The notes under the pieces: model-generated
The model's input: only the letters and a program-made list of their open reading frames with translations
Databases searched by the model: none
Told to the model about the DNA's origin: nothing
Translations under genes and position numbers: made by a program
Shown: positions 10,100 to 19,154 of the stretch, one piece after another
Layout of the letters: each line of letters starts with the position of its first letter
Numbering within the stretch: the first letter of the stretch is position 1
Virus record (IMG/VR): IMGVR_UViG_3300023176_005537
Coordinates: 92,946-156,945 of that record
Strand: one strand, 5' to 3'
DNA length: 64,000 nt
Source: a virus

Positions 10100-13000
10100 A
10101 TGGCTGATACAAAAATTACTAATATTTGCCAAGAAGAGTCCGACTTTTTCTTGGATTTGTCTCCAACCGGCCCGAGCACTTTCTTGCCATTTACACTGGT
10201 TGAATCACAGCCGAATATTATAAAAGGCAAGAACCTTCGTTCAAAGCATTTGAGAATTATTTCCAAAGACATTTATTTTGGTTCTTTGGGTAGCAGTGTT
10301 GATATCTTTCGCTCTTCGGAATATGGATTTGGTGGATTTGACACCTCTAGAGATAACGGTACACTCTCTTTAAGAAAGAGGACAGCACCCAGTCAGGTAG
10401 AGTTTTATACGCTTGAAATTAATAAAAATACTATATCATATGATGTTCCCTCGACTGCGGAAGGTAAGGCTCTCCTAGACTTTGAAAAATACGTTAAAGG
10501 AAAAGAATTTGTTTATTTGAACTTTGTTTTAGATGTGCCTTTCTCTCAAGAGGAGGTGAGACAAAACCAAATCTCTTCTGGAAGACCAGACCATCAATCA
10601 GGGTTTGTTGACAATGATCCTAGGATTTCTACTTTTCAATCTGAATTTGTTTATAACCTTTATTTGAGAGATTATGAAAAGCTGATCGAAAGAACAAATC
10701 AAGAAGAATGGATTATTCCAAATGCACATATGTTTTCTTTCTTGAAGGAAAGTTTGACAGATCAAGATGTTAAAAACTTTGATAAAGAATATTTGGAACT
10801 TATGTCGTATGGCGGGAATGAGGACGAACTGAAAGGTAGAATGACTGCCAAAAACTTTAGCTTTCAAGAATATCAAAATGGTTATCTTCCGGCAAAAGAA
10901 AATTACTTTAAAAGTGCTCCACAAACTACAAAAAACAAAGCAAAAAACTATGTTGTAACCCAAGATGATGTTATTGAATATAATCAATTGGCAGAACAAT
11001 ATAGAGGTGGTGCAAACTTTGGTTTCTATTTGGAGTTTCCATATGAACCCCCAACTCTTACTGGGAAAGAAGATGATCTGGATGACTTTAAAAACCTTTT
11101 CAAAAAAACAAACACTGATTTAAATTTGTATGACTTGGTGATCAAAACTGATAAAGATTTGCCGGCCAGAACTGCTTTTGGCATTCCTCCGGGGCAGTCT
11201 ATCGATCAGGAAGTGTCCGATTTTATCAATAATGCAAACCCTTCAAGCTTCGAGTATATTTCTCAACTTTCTTTTGTTGAGTTCGGAAATTTAGGGAAAG
11301 CAAAATTACCTTTAGATTTCTCCTTGGATAAAACGAAGTATAAAACTTGGGATTTGACAGAGTTTTTCTTAAAATATGGCAAGATAGTCAATAAAGTTCA
11401 AAACAATGCTGTATTATCCGATATCTTAAACATCTCTTCCAATGAAGATGTCACTGTTCTAGGTGAGTCAAGCGAAGCGATACAAAAATATCAAACAAAT
11501 CCAACATACAGCTTTTTTCAAAAACTTATGACAGAGACGGCAAATATAGGTTTCAGTAATTTGGTCAATAAAAACAGCTTAACAGCAAAGCAGTGCTTTA
11601 TTGACTCTAGCGAGACCCCTCACGAAATTTTGTTTTATAAGATCACTAAAAAAGATCGAAATGGTAATCAACTTCAAACATTTATATTACCATCACCGGC
11701 AGAAGAAAGCAAAACAAGAAGAAAGTTGTTGAACTTTTTCGATGCACAAGTTAAGTATGATAAACAATACGAGTACGAGATCAATGCTTATCCTCTTGTA
11801 TTAGCAAAGAAGTATTCTTATCTAGATAGTAATATAATTCAAACAACGGACGAATTGAGATTTAGTATATTTTTTAAGTTTATGAGTTATTTTGTAATTG
11901 ATTTTATTAAGACTATGAAATTTAAGATTGTAGTTGTAGGTAAAAAATTAAAATATGATTTTAAAGTTATTTCACAAGTTATAAAAGATTACATCAATAA
12001 CTTTCCCAAGAAATCAAAAATGGCGTTCCAAAATGCAAAATCCAAGATTATCTTTTTTGAAATTTTGGCAGATATTCAATTGGATTTTGACAATTTGTTA
12101 AAAAAGATAGAAAATTCTTTAGACTTCAGTAAGATTAACTCTGCTAGTAAGATTTCTGTAACAGAATTAAACACAATCAAGACAGTTGTTGCAAAACATT
12201 ACTACAATCAGAGTATTTTTAGCTATAGAAAGACAGCAGCTATACCCAGAGACTCACAAGTGGGCAAAAAACTGCTCTCTCTTTTGGGAAGTTTTAAATA
12301 CGATAATAGCCTCGCGCAGCTATTTTTAGACAAGTTCACGCCCGGAGCAATAAACCTGCAAGGTGTCAAGCTTAAAACGTCTGAAACGAAGCTTTTGGCG
12401 ATATCAAAAGATTTTACAAAATTAGAAAAAGAATTATCTTTGTACAAAAATGCGAACTTGAATCAAACTACCTTTGATGTTTTAGAGATTAAAGTAGAAG
12501 ATTACATTGTTCTTATGGAGGTTCCATTATTCTCTATTGAAGGGAGGGTTTTGGAAAATCCCCCAATCTATCCGGAAGTCAATTTTTCTGGTGTGAAAGG
12601 AAAGAACAATCAAATCTTTATTAGTTTGAAAACGCAAACTACAAGAATGTATGAAAAGCCTATCCCTTTTAATGACATTGAAGAAGATTATTTTAATAAT
12701 CTGATCAAAAGCAAGGGAACTGATCGGAACGGAAGGTTGCTTTTTAAAACAGACGATGAAAATAGAAAGTTCCAAATATTTAGATTGGAAGAAAAGCCAA
12801 AGTCCTACAAAGACTTTGATCAAAAAATAAGAAGAGAGATCAATCTTCAAGGAAAGTATGCCGGAGCAACCTATAAAGACCGCTTGCTTCCAAATAAAAA
12901 GTATTATTACACTTTTAGATCGATGGATGTCCACGACAACCTTTCAAATCCATCGCCGGTTTATGAAGTTGTCGTCAATGATCAAGCTGGGTTTATATTC

Positions 13001-13444
13001 CCAGAGTTTAAAGTAGTTCAATTGGAAGACAAAGATTACTACCAGTACACACAATCTTTCAGAAAATACTTGGAAATCAAACCAAGCTTCGAAAATACAA
13101 TCATAGATACAGAAATAACTGACAACTTTAAATCAGCATATGGCTTGGGGCTTGGAGGTGTTGCGCCTTTGGGTTCTGGAGTGGATAATGCTTGGGGTAA
13201 AAAGTTTAAAGTTAGGATTACATCGAAATCAAGTGGTAAAAAGATCGATGTTAATTTTGACTTTACAAAGAAATACGTTGGTGATATTGTGACAACCTCT
13301 GATGTTGCTGGATATGGAAAGTTGGATGAAGAAGACAGGAAAAACATGGTCACACTACCAGAAAGTCAAAGACCACCAACACAAGAGTTAGGACAAACAA
13401 CAATCCTAGAAGATAGTGACTTCTTTAAACGAAAAGAAGAATAA
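10100..13444 (+). CDS. Large hypothetical structural protein with FN3/Ig-like segments
   Basis: 1114 aa; FN3-like motifs DAQVKYDKQYEYEINAY and DRLLPNKKYYYTFRSMDVHDNLSNPS. Confidence 0.5.
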   Translation: MADTKITNICQEESDFFLDLSPTGPSTFLPFTLVESQPNIIKGKNLRSKHLRIISKDIYFGSLGSSVDIFRSSEYGFGGFDTSRDNGTLSLRKRTAPSQVEFYTLEINKNTISYDVPSTAEGKALLDFEKYVKGKEFVYLNFVLDVPFSQEEVRQNQISSGRPDHQSGFVDNDPRISTFQSEFVYNLYLRDYEKLIERTNQEEWIIPNAHMFSFLKESLTDQDVKNFDKEYLELMSYGGNEDELKGRMTAKNFSFQEYQNGYLPAKENYFKSAPQTTKNKAKNYVVTQDDVIEYNQLAEQYRGGANFGFYLEFPYEPPTLTGKEDDLDDFKNLFKKTNTDLNLYDLVIKTDKDLPARTAFGIPPGQSIDQEVSDFINNANPSSFEYISQLSFVEFGNLGKAKLPLDFSLDKTKYKTWDLTEFFLKYGKIVNKVQNNAVLSDILNISSNEDVTVLGESSEAIQKYQTNPTYSFFQKLMTETANIGFSNLVNKNSLTAKQCFIDSSETPHEILFYKITKKDRNGNQLQTFILPSPAEESKTRRKLLNFFDAQVKYDKQYEYEINAYPLVLAKKYSYLDSNIIQTTDELRFSIFFKFMSYFVIDFIKTMKFKIVVVGKKLKYDFKVISQVIKDYINNFPKKSKMAFQNAKSKIIFFEILADIQLDFDNLLKKIENSLDFSKINSASKISVTELNTIKTVVAKHYYNQSIFSYRKTAAIPRDSQVGKKLLSLLGSFKYDNSLAQLFLDKFTPGAINLQGVKLKTSETKLLAISKDFTKLEKELSLYKNANLNQTTFDVLEIKVEDYIVLMEVPLFSIEGRVLENPPIYPEVNFSGVKGKNNQIFISLKTQTTRMYEKPIPFNDIEEDYFNNLIKSKGTDRNGRLLFKTDDENRKFQIFRLEEKPKSYKDFDQKIRREINLQGKYAGATYKDRLLPNKKYYYTFRSMDVHDNLSNPSPVYEVVVNDQAGFIFPEFKVVQLEDKDYYQYTQSFRKYLEIKPSFENTIIDTEITDNFKSAYGLGLGGVAPLGSGVDNAWGKKFKVRITSKSSGKKIDVNFDFTKKYVGDIVTTSDVAGYGKLDEEDRKNMVTLPESQRPPTQELGQTTILEDSDFFKRKEE

Positions 13445-13447
13445 AAG

Positions 13448-13456
13448 ACTATTTAT
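13448..13456 (+). promoter_or_regulatory. Putative late promoter (ACTATTTAT)
   Basis: Intergenic, followed by AGGAG RBS and ATG 13486. Confidence 0.65.
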
Positions 13457-13485
13457 TTTAAGTTTTATAAATTAGGAGACTAAAA

Positions 13486-14412
13486 ATGGGTTTTATTGAC
13501 AACAGTGGGGACATTATTTTAGATGCAGTCCTTACAGACCTAGGGAGAGACCTGCTTTCAAGAGCAGACGGAAGTTATAAGATTACGCATTTTGCTTTGG
13601 GCGATGACGAGATTGATTACAGTCTTTATGATGCTACTGCTAGCACTGGAACCGAGTCTACTTCTTTACGTCAGTTGCCTGTTTTTGAAGCATCTACTGA
13701 AAGTTCAATTGGCTTGAAGTACCGTTTGGTTTCAATGACAAACAACAATACTTTGTTTATGCCGATTGTGAAGCTGAACGAACTTCAAAGAAATACTCAA
13801 AAAGCATCTGGTGGGTATTTTGCTGTTTGCGTTGATAAGAATACAGAAGATTTGATCTTCACCAACAACACCACTGTTCAGGGTGTTCTGGCCGGTGCAA
13901 ACCCAACCGAACAAGACACTTTTGTTCTTTTGCATCAAGGTTTAGATACAGACCTTATCTCACCAAAGCAATCTTTGAGCCCAGAGTTTTTTGAAACTGG
14001 CTATGTTGCTGAACTGGACAATCGTTTTGGCTCCGTAGTTTCAGTTGGAACTACCGCTGTCAATGCTCCTCTGACTTTTATTGACGATGATAATGTTGCA
14101 TTTTATGATATGTCTTTGGAGTCTGATGGTGGAGAAACAGTTTTCGTTCAGCCAATCAGCAACGACACTGATTCGAAATTTATGACAATCTTGGGACCAA
14201 GGGGAACTTTCCTGCAATTCAAAATTAAAGCTTCCGAACTTCTCACTACTTCCACTACAATCTTTACGGAACTTGGCGGAACAATGAGTTCAACAACTTT
14301 TGGAGCATCTGGGACAGACGATCTTTACTTTATTGATGCTATCATTCGAGTTCGAGCAAAAGTTACAGGATATCAATTGGATATTCCATTAAGATTTATC
14401 AAAGAAATTTAA
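13486..14412 (+). CDS. Baseplate/tail-collar structural protein
   Basis: MGFIDNSGDIILDAVLTDLGRDLLS...ITHFALGDDEIDYSLY motif typical of large-phage tail proteins; AGGAG RBS. Confidence 0.6.
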   Translation: MGFIDNSGDIILDAVLTDLGRDLLSRADGSYKITHFALGDDEIDYSLYDATASTGTESTSLRQLPVFEASTESSIGLKYRLVSMTNNNTLFMPIVKLNELQRNTQKASGGYFAVCVDKNTEDLIFTNNTTVQGVLAGANPTEQDTFVLLHQGLDTDLISPKQSLSPEFFETGYVAELDNRFGSVVSVGTTAVNAPLTFIDDDNVAFYDMSLESDGGETVFVQPISNDTDSKFMTILGPRGTFLQFKIKASELLTTSTTIFTELGGTMSSTTFGASGTDDLYFIDAIIRVRAKVTGYQLDIPLRFIKEI

Positions 14413-14428
14413 TTCAAAGGGATAAAAA

Positions 14429-15559
14429 ATGGCTGGTACGACTAAAAAAATTACCAAAACTCAACCAATTACAACCAAATTAAGGGAATCTATCCCTATT
14501 ACCGGTTCAATTGTGTCTGGGACATACGCAGAACCGAACGGTGCAGGAACAACCTCGAACATTAAAGAGTATACTCACGAGATGTTCCAATCTGTTTACG
14601 ACTATCCTTATGCTTCCTCCTCGGCAAACCATCTTTTTGATTTGACCGCTGGGTATAGTACGAATTCCGACTTGGATGGTGTCACTGGAGAGGTGTCTGG
14701 CTCCAAAAAGAACAACATTTACAACGAAATGGCACAAGTTCTTGTTGGTTTTGACATCAACAACAACATTCATCGCTTCGATAAAGATGGAGACCTTACT
14801 GGTGGTGCAAAGTTTGATGAAGTAATCACAATCAACGTTGCTCGTCTTTTGGCAAAAGATGGAATTCAGAAAGGAACGTTTGAGTTGGAGCTTGGCGTTT
14901 CTGGATCGGACGCTGGGTATGCTGCTCCGTTTACTCAAAGAATTAAGATTAAAGACCTTAATGGGACTTCTTCTTACAAAGTAAACTCCCCCAAGGGAGA
15001 GTACGGTATTCTTTACGCAAACAACTCCACAGGTACTCCTTTGGATGGTGTTGGTATTGATCCAACAGATAAAACTGCTCCTTGTGGTTTGATTTACTAC
15101 CAAGCCGGCGTGGCAGTCCTTTCTGCTTCGATGTTTATGCCATCTGCCAATGGTGGGATTATGAGTGCGTCTACCAACAACTTGCTTTGGCTTTCTTCTT
15201 CGTCTAGACAAGAAGATATTCACGAGATTTTGACTTCAGGCTCGATTGAAGAAGTTGCAACTGGACTTCGCAGAAGAATGTACAATATGACATTCAACAA
15301 CACTACGAACTTGGTTTCAACAATGTACTTCTGCGATATTGAGCCGGAAGATTTCAACTTCAGTGCCAACCCGACTTACCTGACGGGAAGCAAGATTAGA
15401 GTTAAAGGAAACGACCCACAATCTCCTCCCAAGGCTTATATCACCACTGTTGGCCTTTACAACGGAGCAGATCAGCTTCTTGCAGTTGCAAAACTTTCCA
15501 AACCAATTGAAAATAACCCCGCACAAGCCTTGAAAATCAAAGTGCGCCTTGACTACTAA
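14429..15559 (+). CDS. Baseplate/tail-collar structural protein
   Basis: C-terminal YITTVGLYN..QLLAVAKLSKPI...IKVRLDY motif, paralogous to 15579. Confidence 0.6.
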   Translation: MAGTTKKITKTQPITTKLRESIPITGSIVSGTYAEPNGAGTTSNIKEYTHEMFQSVYDYPYASSSANHLFDLTAGYSTNSDLDGVTGEVSGSKKNNIYNEMAQVLVGFDINNNIHRFDKDGDLTGGAKFDEVITINVARLLAKDGIQKGTFELELGVSGSDAGYAAPFTQRIKIKDLNGTSSYKVNSPKGEYGILYANNSTGTPLDGVGIDPTDKTAPCGLIYYQAGVAVLSASMFMPSANGGIMSASTNNLLWLSSSSRQEDIHEILTSGSIEEVATGLRRRMYNMTFNNTTNLVSTMYFCDIEPEDFNFSANPTYLTGSKIRVKGNDPQSPPKAYITTVGLYNGADQLLAVAKLSKPIENNPAQALKIKVRLDY

Positions 15560-15578
15560 ATTATTAAGGAGGTAAAAA

Positions 15579-16769
15579 GTGTCTTTGTATAAATTTAACA
15601 AGGGCGACACCCTGCTTAATACTTTGGTAGCGAGACCTTCCTATAATTTTTTCATTTATCAGAATGATCTCTACCTTAATGAACATGAGCCAATGTCTGG
15701 AGCTTACTCGTCTAGCGTTACAAATGTTCCACCGGGCTATGTCAACCTTTATGAACTAAACGTCAACCGATCTTCTAGCAATTTAATCTATCCTTTTGTT
15801 TATCCTAGGTACGATCAAACATTTGCCTTGTCCAGTTTGCCGACTTCTTCTCAAGTTCAGCAGATCACAGGTTCTATTTCGGGGTCTTATCCACTTTCTT
15901 CGTCGATCAGTTTGTTTTATTTTGCTAGTACTGATGCAACTGTAAAGCACAAGCTGCTTTCTTTGAAGAATACGATCAATTATTATCGCCCTATGAGCCC
16001 ACATTTCAACTATTCAGGTCAGATCCCTGCCGGCTCGACCTATAGAACAAGGAATTTGGACGAAGAAAACATTAATTTGATCAATATTCCTGCAATTATC
16101 ACTGGAAATAACATTAAAAAAGGCTCTGTTTCTTTGAAATATTATGTTTCCGGCACAATGGTTGCGGAATTGACAGATTACAAGAACGAAAGAGGCGAAT
16201 TGGTTCAAGTTTCCGGAGCAATTGCAGCAAATGATGGCAAAGTAGCAGGGTTGGTTCTTTATAATGAAGGATTTATCCTTCTTACGGGGGCTTGGGCTTT
16301 GGATACCAGCCACCAAGAAGATTACATTGGCGATGGAAATGACAATCCCAAGTGGATTTACTATGGAAGTGCCTTATCAGAGACCTTTACAGGTATCTCA
16401 ACGCCATCTTCCAGTTATACTTTTGACTTTCAAGCAACAGAAAAGATTCCAAACTTAACTATGTTAGCTCACGCTAATAGAGGGGAGTTGAATTATTCAA
16501 ATAATCCAACTTTTATCTCTTCTAGTTCAACGTTGCCGACGATTACAACAGGTTCTCTTTATTATAAAGAAAACCCAGAAAGAGCAATCAAGAACATTGT
16601 GTCTTCTTCTTTCACACAAACCACCGGTTCGTTTGAAAAGATCACTTACATCACCAAAATTGGTATTTATGATGAATATAAGAACCTGATCGCAGTTGCT
16701 AACTTGGCAAACCCTGTTAGAAAAAGAGAAAAAGATTCATTCACATTTAAGTTAAAAATGGATTTATAA
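15579..16769 (+). CDS. Baseplate/tail-collar structural protein (paralogue of 14429)
   Basis: GTG start after AAGGAGGT; C-terminal YITKIGIYD..NLIAVANLANPVRK...FKLKMDL; shares N[YF]SxNPT and GLxxYxxG motifs with 14429. Confidence 0.6.
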   Translation: MSLYKFNKGDTLLNTLVARPSYNFFIYQNDLYLNEHEPMSGAYSSSVTNVPPGYVNLYELNVNRSSSNLIYPFVYPRYDQTFALSSLPTSSQVQQITGSISGSYPLSSSISLFYFASTDATVKHKLLSLKNTINYYRPMSPHFNYSGQIPAGSTYRTRNLDEENINLINIPAIITGNNIKKGSVSLKYYVSGTMVAELTDYKNERGELVQVSGAIAANDGKVAGLVLYNEGFILLTGAWALDTSHQEDYIGDGNDNPKWIYYGSALSETFTGISTPSSSYTFDFQATEKIPNLTMLAHANRGELNYSNNPTFISSSSTLPTITTGSLYYKENPERAIKNIVSSSFTQTTGSFEKITYITKIGIYDEYKNLIAVANLANPVRKREKDSFTFKLKMDL

Positions 16770-16771
16770 TG

Positions 16772-16780
16772 TGGTATAAT
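16772..16780 (+). promoter_or_regulatory. Extended -10 sigma70-type promoter (TGGTATAAT)
   Basis: TGnTATAAT in the short intergenic gap before the RuvC-like gene; GGAGG RBS follows. Confidence 0.55.
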
Positions 16781-16798
16781 GTATCTTTGGAGGTTTAA

Positions 16799-17317
16799 AT
16801 GATATTAGGTTTAGATGTTAGCACAAGCATAACTGGAATTTGTGTACTTGACAAAGAAGAAAATATAGTTTATAATTCTGCTGTGGATACTAGAAAATAC
16901 AAAAATATGTACGAAAAAGCAGAAAAAGTAAAAGAAAAGCTTAAAGAATTAAAAAAAGAATATGATATTAATAGCATTTATATTGAAAAGTCTTTGCAAT
17001 CTTTTAGATCAGGCTTCTCCTCTGCGAAAGTTCTTTCAACATTATCTGCTTTCAACGGGATTGTATCTTGGTTCTGTTATGAGATCTATGGAATTTCACC
17101 AGAATACATTTCGGCTTCCTCCGCAAGAAAAGATTGCGGTATCAAAGTTCCAAAAGGCCAAAAGGCAAAGCCCTTTGTTTTAGGAGTTCTGGTGAAAGAA
17201 GGTCTAATAAATCCAGAATACACGAAAAAAGGAAATCCAAAACCTATTTATTACGATATGTCAGATGCGATTGTCATTGCAAAATCAGGATTTTTAAAAA
17301 GGAGAGCAAATAAATGA
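16799..17317 (+). CDS. ruvC: RuvC-like Holliday junction resolvase
   Basis: MILGLDVSTSITG (first catalytic Asp), IYIEK (Glu), DMSDAIVIA (Asp pair); 172 aa. Confidence 0.85.
   Translation: MILGLDVSTSITGICVLDKEENIVYNSAVDTRKYKNMYEKAEKVKEKLKELKKEYDINSIYIEKSLQSFRSGFSSAKVLSTLSAFNGIVSWFCYEIYGISPEYISASSARKDCGIKVPKGQKAKPFVLGVLVKEGLINPEYTKKGNPKPIYYDMSDAIVIAKSGFLKRRANK
16848..16876 (+). promoter_or_regulatory. Consensus sigma70 promoter inside ruvC
   Basis: TTGACA (16848-53), 17 nt, TATAAT (16871-76). Confidence 0.45.
17244..17252 (+). promoter_or_regulatory. Putative late promoter (CTATTTATT) inside the ruvC 3' end
   Basis: AACCTATTTATTA, identical to the site at 46701-46713; ~60 nt upstream of ATG 17314. 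Confidence 0.5.
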
Positions 17318-17754
17318 AAATCACTAAAAAGCTTTTGATGAAGATCATCAAAGAAGAATTGGTTAGAGAAAGTATGAGCGATTGGCAGGCACACGACCGA
17401 AGAGAACGAGGTTTGCCCCCGCTAAAGGCCAATTACGACATTTCCAATAGTATCCCTCCTGATGGATATGTCCCGCCTCCCGAGCCCAAACTCGAAAACC
17501 CCCCTCCCCTTCCACCTGCGACAGAGCAAGATCTGGAAAAAGGAAGAATGGTCAGTTTTGACGGCCCCTATGAACAACAGATTCATTTCTTGAAAATGCA
17601 TAATCAATGGTTAAGAAGAGTGTATATGAAGCCTCGCGTAAAGGGCTACGAGAGCCTAAGCCGGCTTGAGCAACTTAAAGTCCTAGCCAACGGTCCCAAT
17701 CCCGGTGCGGTCCACGCAGACAAGGGAAGCTTGGAAGACTACCCTCTGGCATAA
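17314..17754 (+). CDS. Pro-rich hypothetical protein with KIIKEE leader (putative internal head protein)
   Basis: Begins MKITKKLLMKIIKEELVRE; AAGGAG RBS. Confidence 0.6.
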   Translation: MKITKKLLMKIIKEELVRESMSDWQAHDRRERGLPPLKANYDISNSIPPDGYVPPPEPKLENPPPLPPATEQDLEKGRMVSFDGPYEQQIHFLKMHNQWLRRVYMKPRVKGYESLSRLEQLKVLANGPNPGAVHADKGSLEDYPLA

Positions 17755-17767
17755 TAAAACAAATCAC

Positions 17768-17796
17768 TTGACAACACCCCCCATTCTTGATATAAT
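17768..17796 (+). promoter_or_regulatory. Perfect sigma70 promoter upstream of primase
   Basis: TTGACA (17768-73), 17 nt, TATAAT (17791-96) with extended TG; intergenic. Confidence 0.85.
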
Positions 17797-17825
17797 GTGT
17801 GTAACTTTTTCAAAGGAAACCACAC

Positions 17826-18749
17826 ATGAAAGAACTATCCATCCTTAAAAACACATTAGATTATGCTTACTCCAAAGGGAGCGAGCATCTTTTCTATTGT
17901 CCTTTCTGCAAGCATCACAAACCAAAAATGTCTGTTAACATCTCTAAAAACGTATTCAAGTGCTGGGTTTGTGACACAAGCGGTAAAAACGTCTATTACC
18001 TTCTAAAAAGATTTGGCTCATTTGATAATCAACAAGAATGGCTGAAGATCACAAATCAGATCGATGTTCGCGATTTTGAACTGATCATAACAGGTTCGAC
18101 AGTCCAAGAAAAGATCAAACAAAAGATCGATCTACCAAAAGAATACAAGCCTCTTTTTACAGGTTCAATTGACCTTTATTCTCAAAAGCCCCTGAATTAT
18201 CTTAAATCAAGGGGTTTTTCGCAAGAAAAGATCCTAGAATGGAAGGTTGGATATTGCCCATCAGGAGAGTACAAAGGAAGAGTAATCATTCCTTCTTTTG
18301 ATGATGAGGGAGATGTTAGTTATTTTATCTCTAGAACATACGAAAAAGATTGGAAAAAGTACAAAAACCCAAAAGCATCAAAAGATATTGTATTCAATGA
18401 CCTTTTGATTGATTGGGAAAAACCAATCATCTTGGTTGAAGGTGTTTTTGATGCGATCCATGAAAAGAATATGATCCCGATCTTGGGATCAACCCTCTCA
18501 GAAAGATCAGACCTTTTTCAAAAGATTGTTGAAAAAGCCAAGAAGGTTTTTATTGCTTTAGATCCAGATGCTTACAAAAAAGAGCTTGACATTATCTCAA
18601 GTTTGATCAAATATGGAGTAGACGTTTGGAAAATAGAAGTTCCAGAAGGGAAAGATTTGAACGACATTTCAAAATATGAATATCAAAGACTAAAAATGAC
18701 AGCAGTTGAAGTTAGATTTGATACTTTATTTTCAATGATTAACATATAG
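17826..18749 (+). CDS. DnaG-type DNA primase
   Basis: Zn finger CPFC...CWVC; GRVIIP; TOPRIM LVEGVFDA and ALDPDA; KDLND. Confidence 0.9.
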   Translation: MKELSILKNTLDYAYSKGSEHLFYCPFCKHHKPKMSVNISKNVFKCWVCDTSGKNVYYLLKRFGSFDNQQEWLKITNQIDVRDFELIITGSTVQEKIKQKIDLPKEYKPLFTGSIDLYSQKPLNYLKSRGFSQEKILEWKVGYCPSGEYKGRVIIPSFDDEGDVSYFISRTYEKDWKKYKNPKASKDIVFNDLLIDWEKPIILVEGVFDAIHEKNMIPILGSTLSERSDLFQKIVEKAKKVFIALDPDAYKKELDIISSLIKYGVDVWKIEVPEGKDLNDISKYEYQRLKMTAVEVRFDTLFSMINI

Positions 18750-18758
18750 GAGACACAA

Positions 18759-19154
18759 ATGATTGAATTTTTGAAGCAACAAGGCGTTTATGAACTGGTT
18801 TGGTTTTTAGGTGGTATTCTAGCTTACATGACTCTGCAATTTGTTGTAGGTGTAACACAAGCATTCAAGCTTATGAGGTCTGCAATGTATCTATCTCTTT
18901 CTTTTCTTTTGCAGGTTTATGTCGACACTAGACAAGAAATCCAAGAGCAAAAAGAAAGCTTCAAAAGAATGAATCCAGATTACACAGACTATGCTCTAGA
19001 AAAAGAGTTTGATAAAAGAGAGAAAGACGTTGATCTCTGGAGAGACAAGGCATTCAAAGAATTGCACGGATTATCTCCGGTAGTGTTTAATGCTGTAAGA
19101 AGTGAAATTAATGAAAAAATAGAAGAAGTTAAAAAGGGAGGTCTTAATGACTAA
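18759..19154 (+). CDS. Hypothetical membrane protein
   Basis: Hydrophobic N-terminal segment(s) LVWFLGGILAYMTLQFVVGV; AGGAG RBS. Confidence 0.55.
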   Translation: MIEFLKQQGVYELVWFLGGILAYMTLQFVVGVTQAFKLMRSAMYLSLSFLLQVYVDTRQEIQEQKESFKRMNPDYTDYALEKEFDKREKDVDLWRDKAFKELHGLSPVVFNAVRSEINEKIEEVKKGGLND

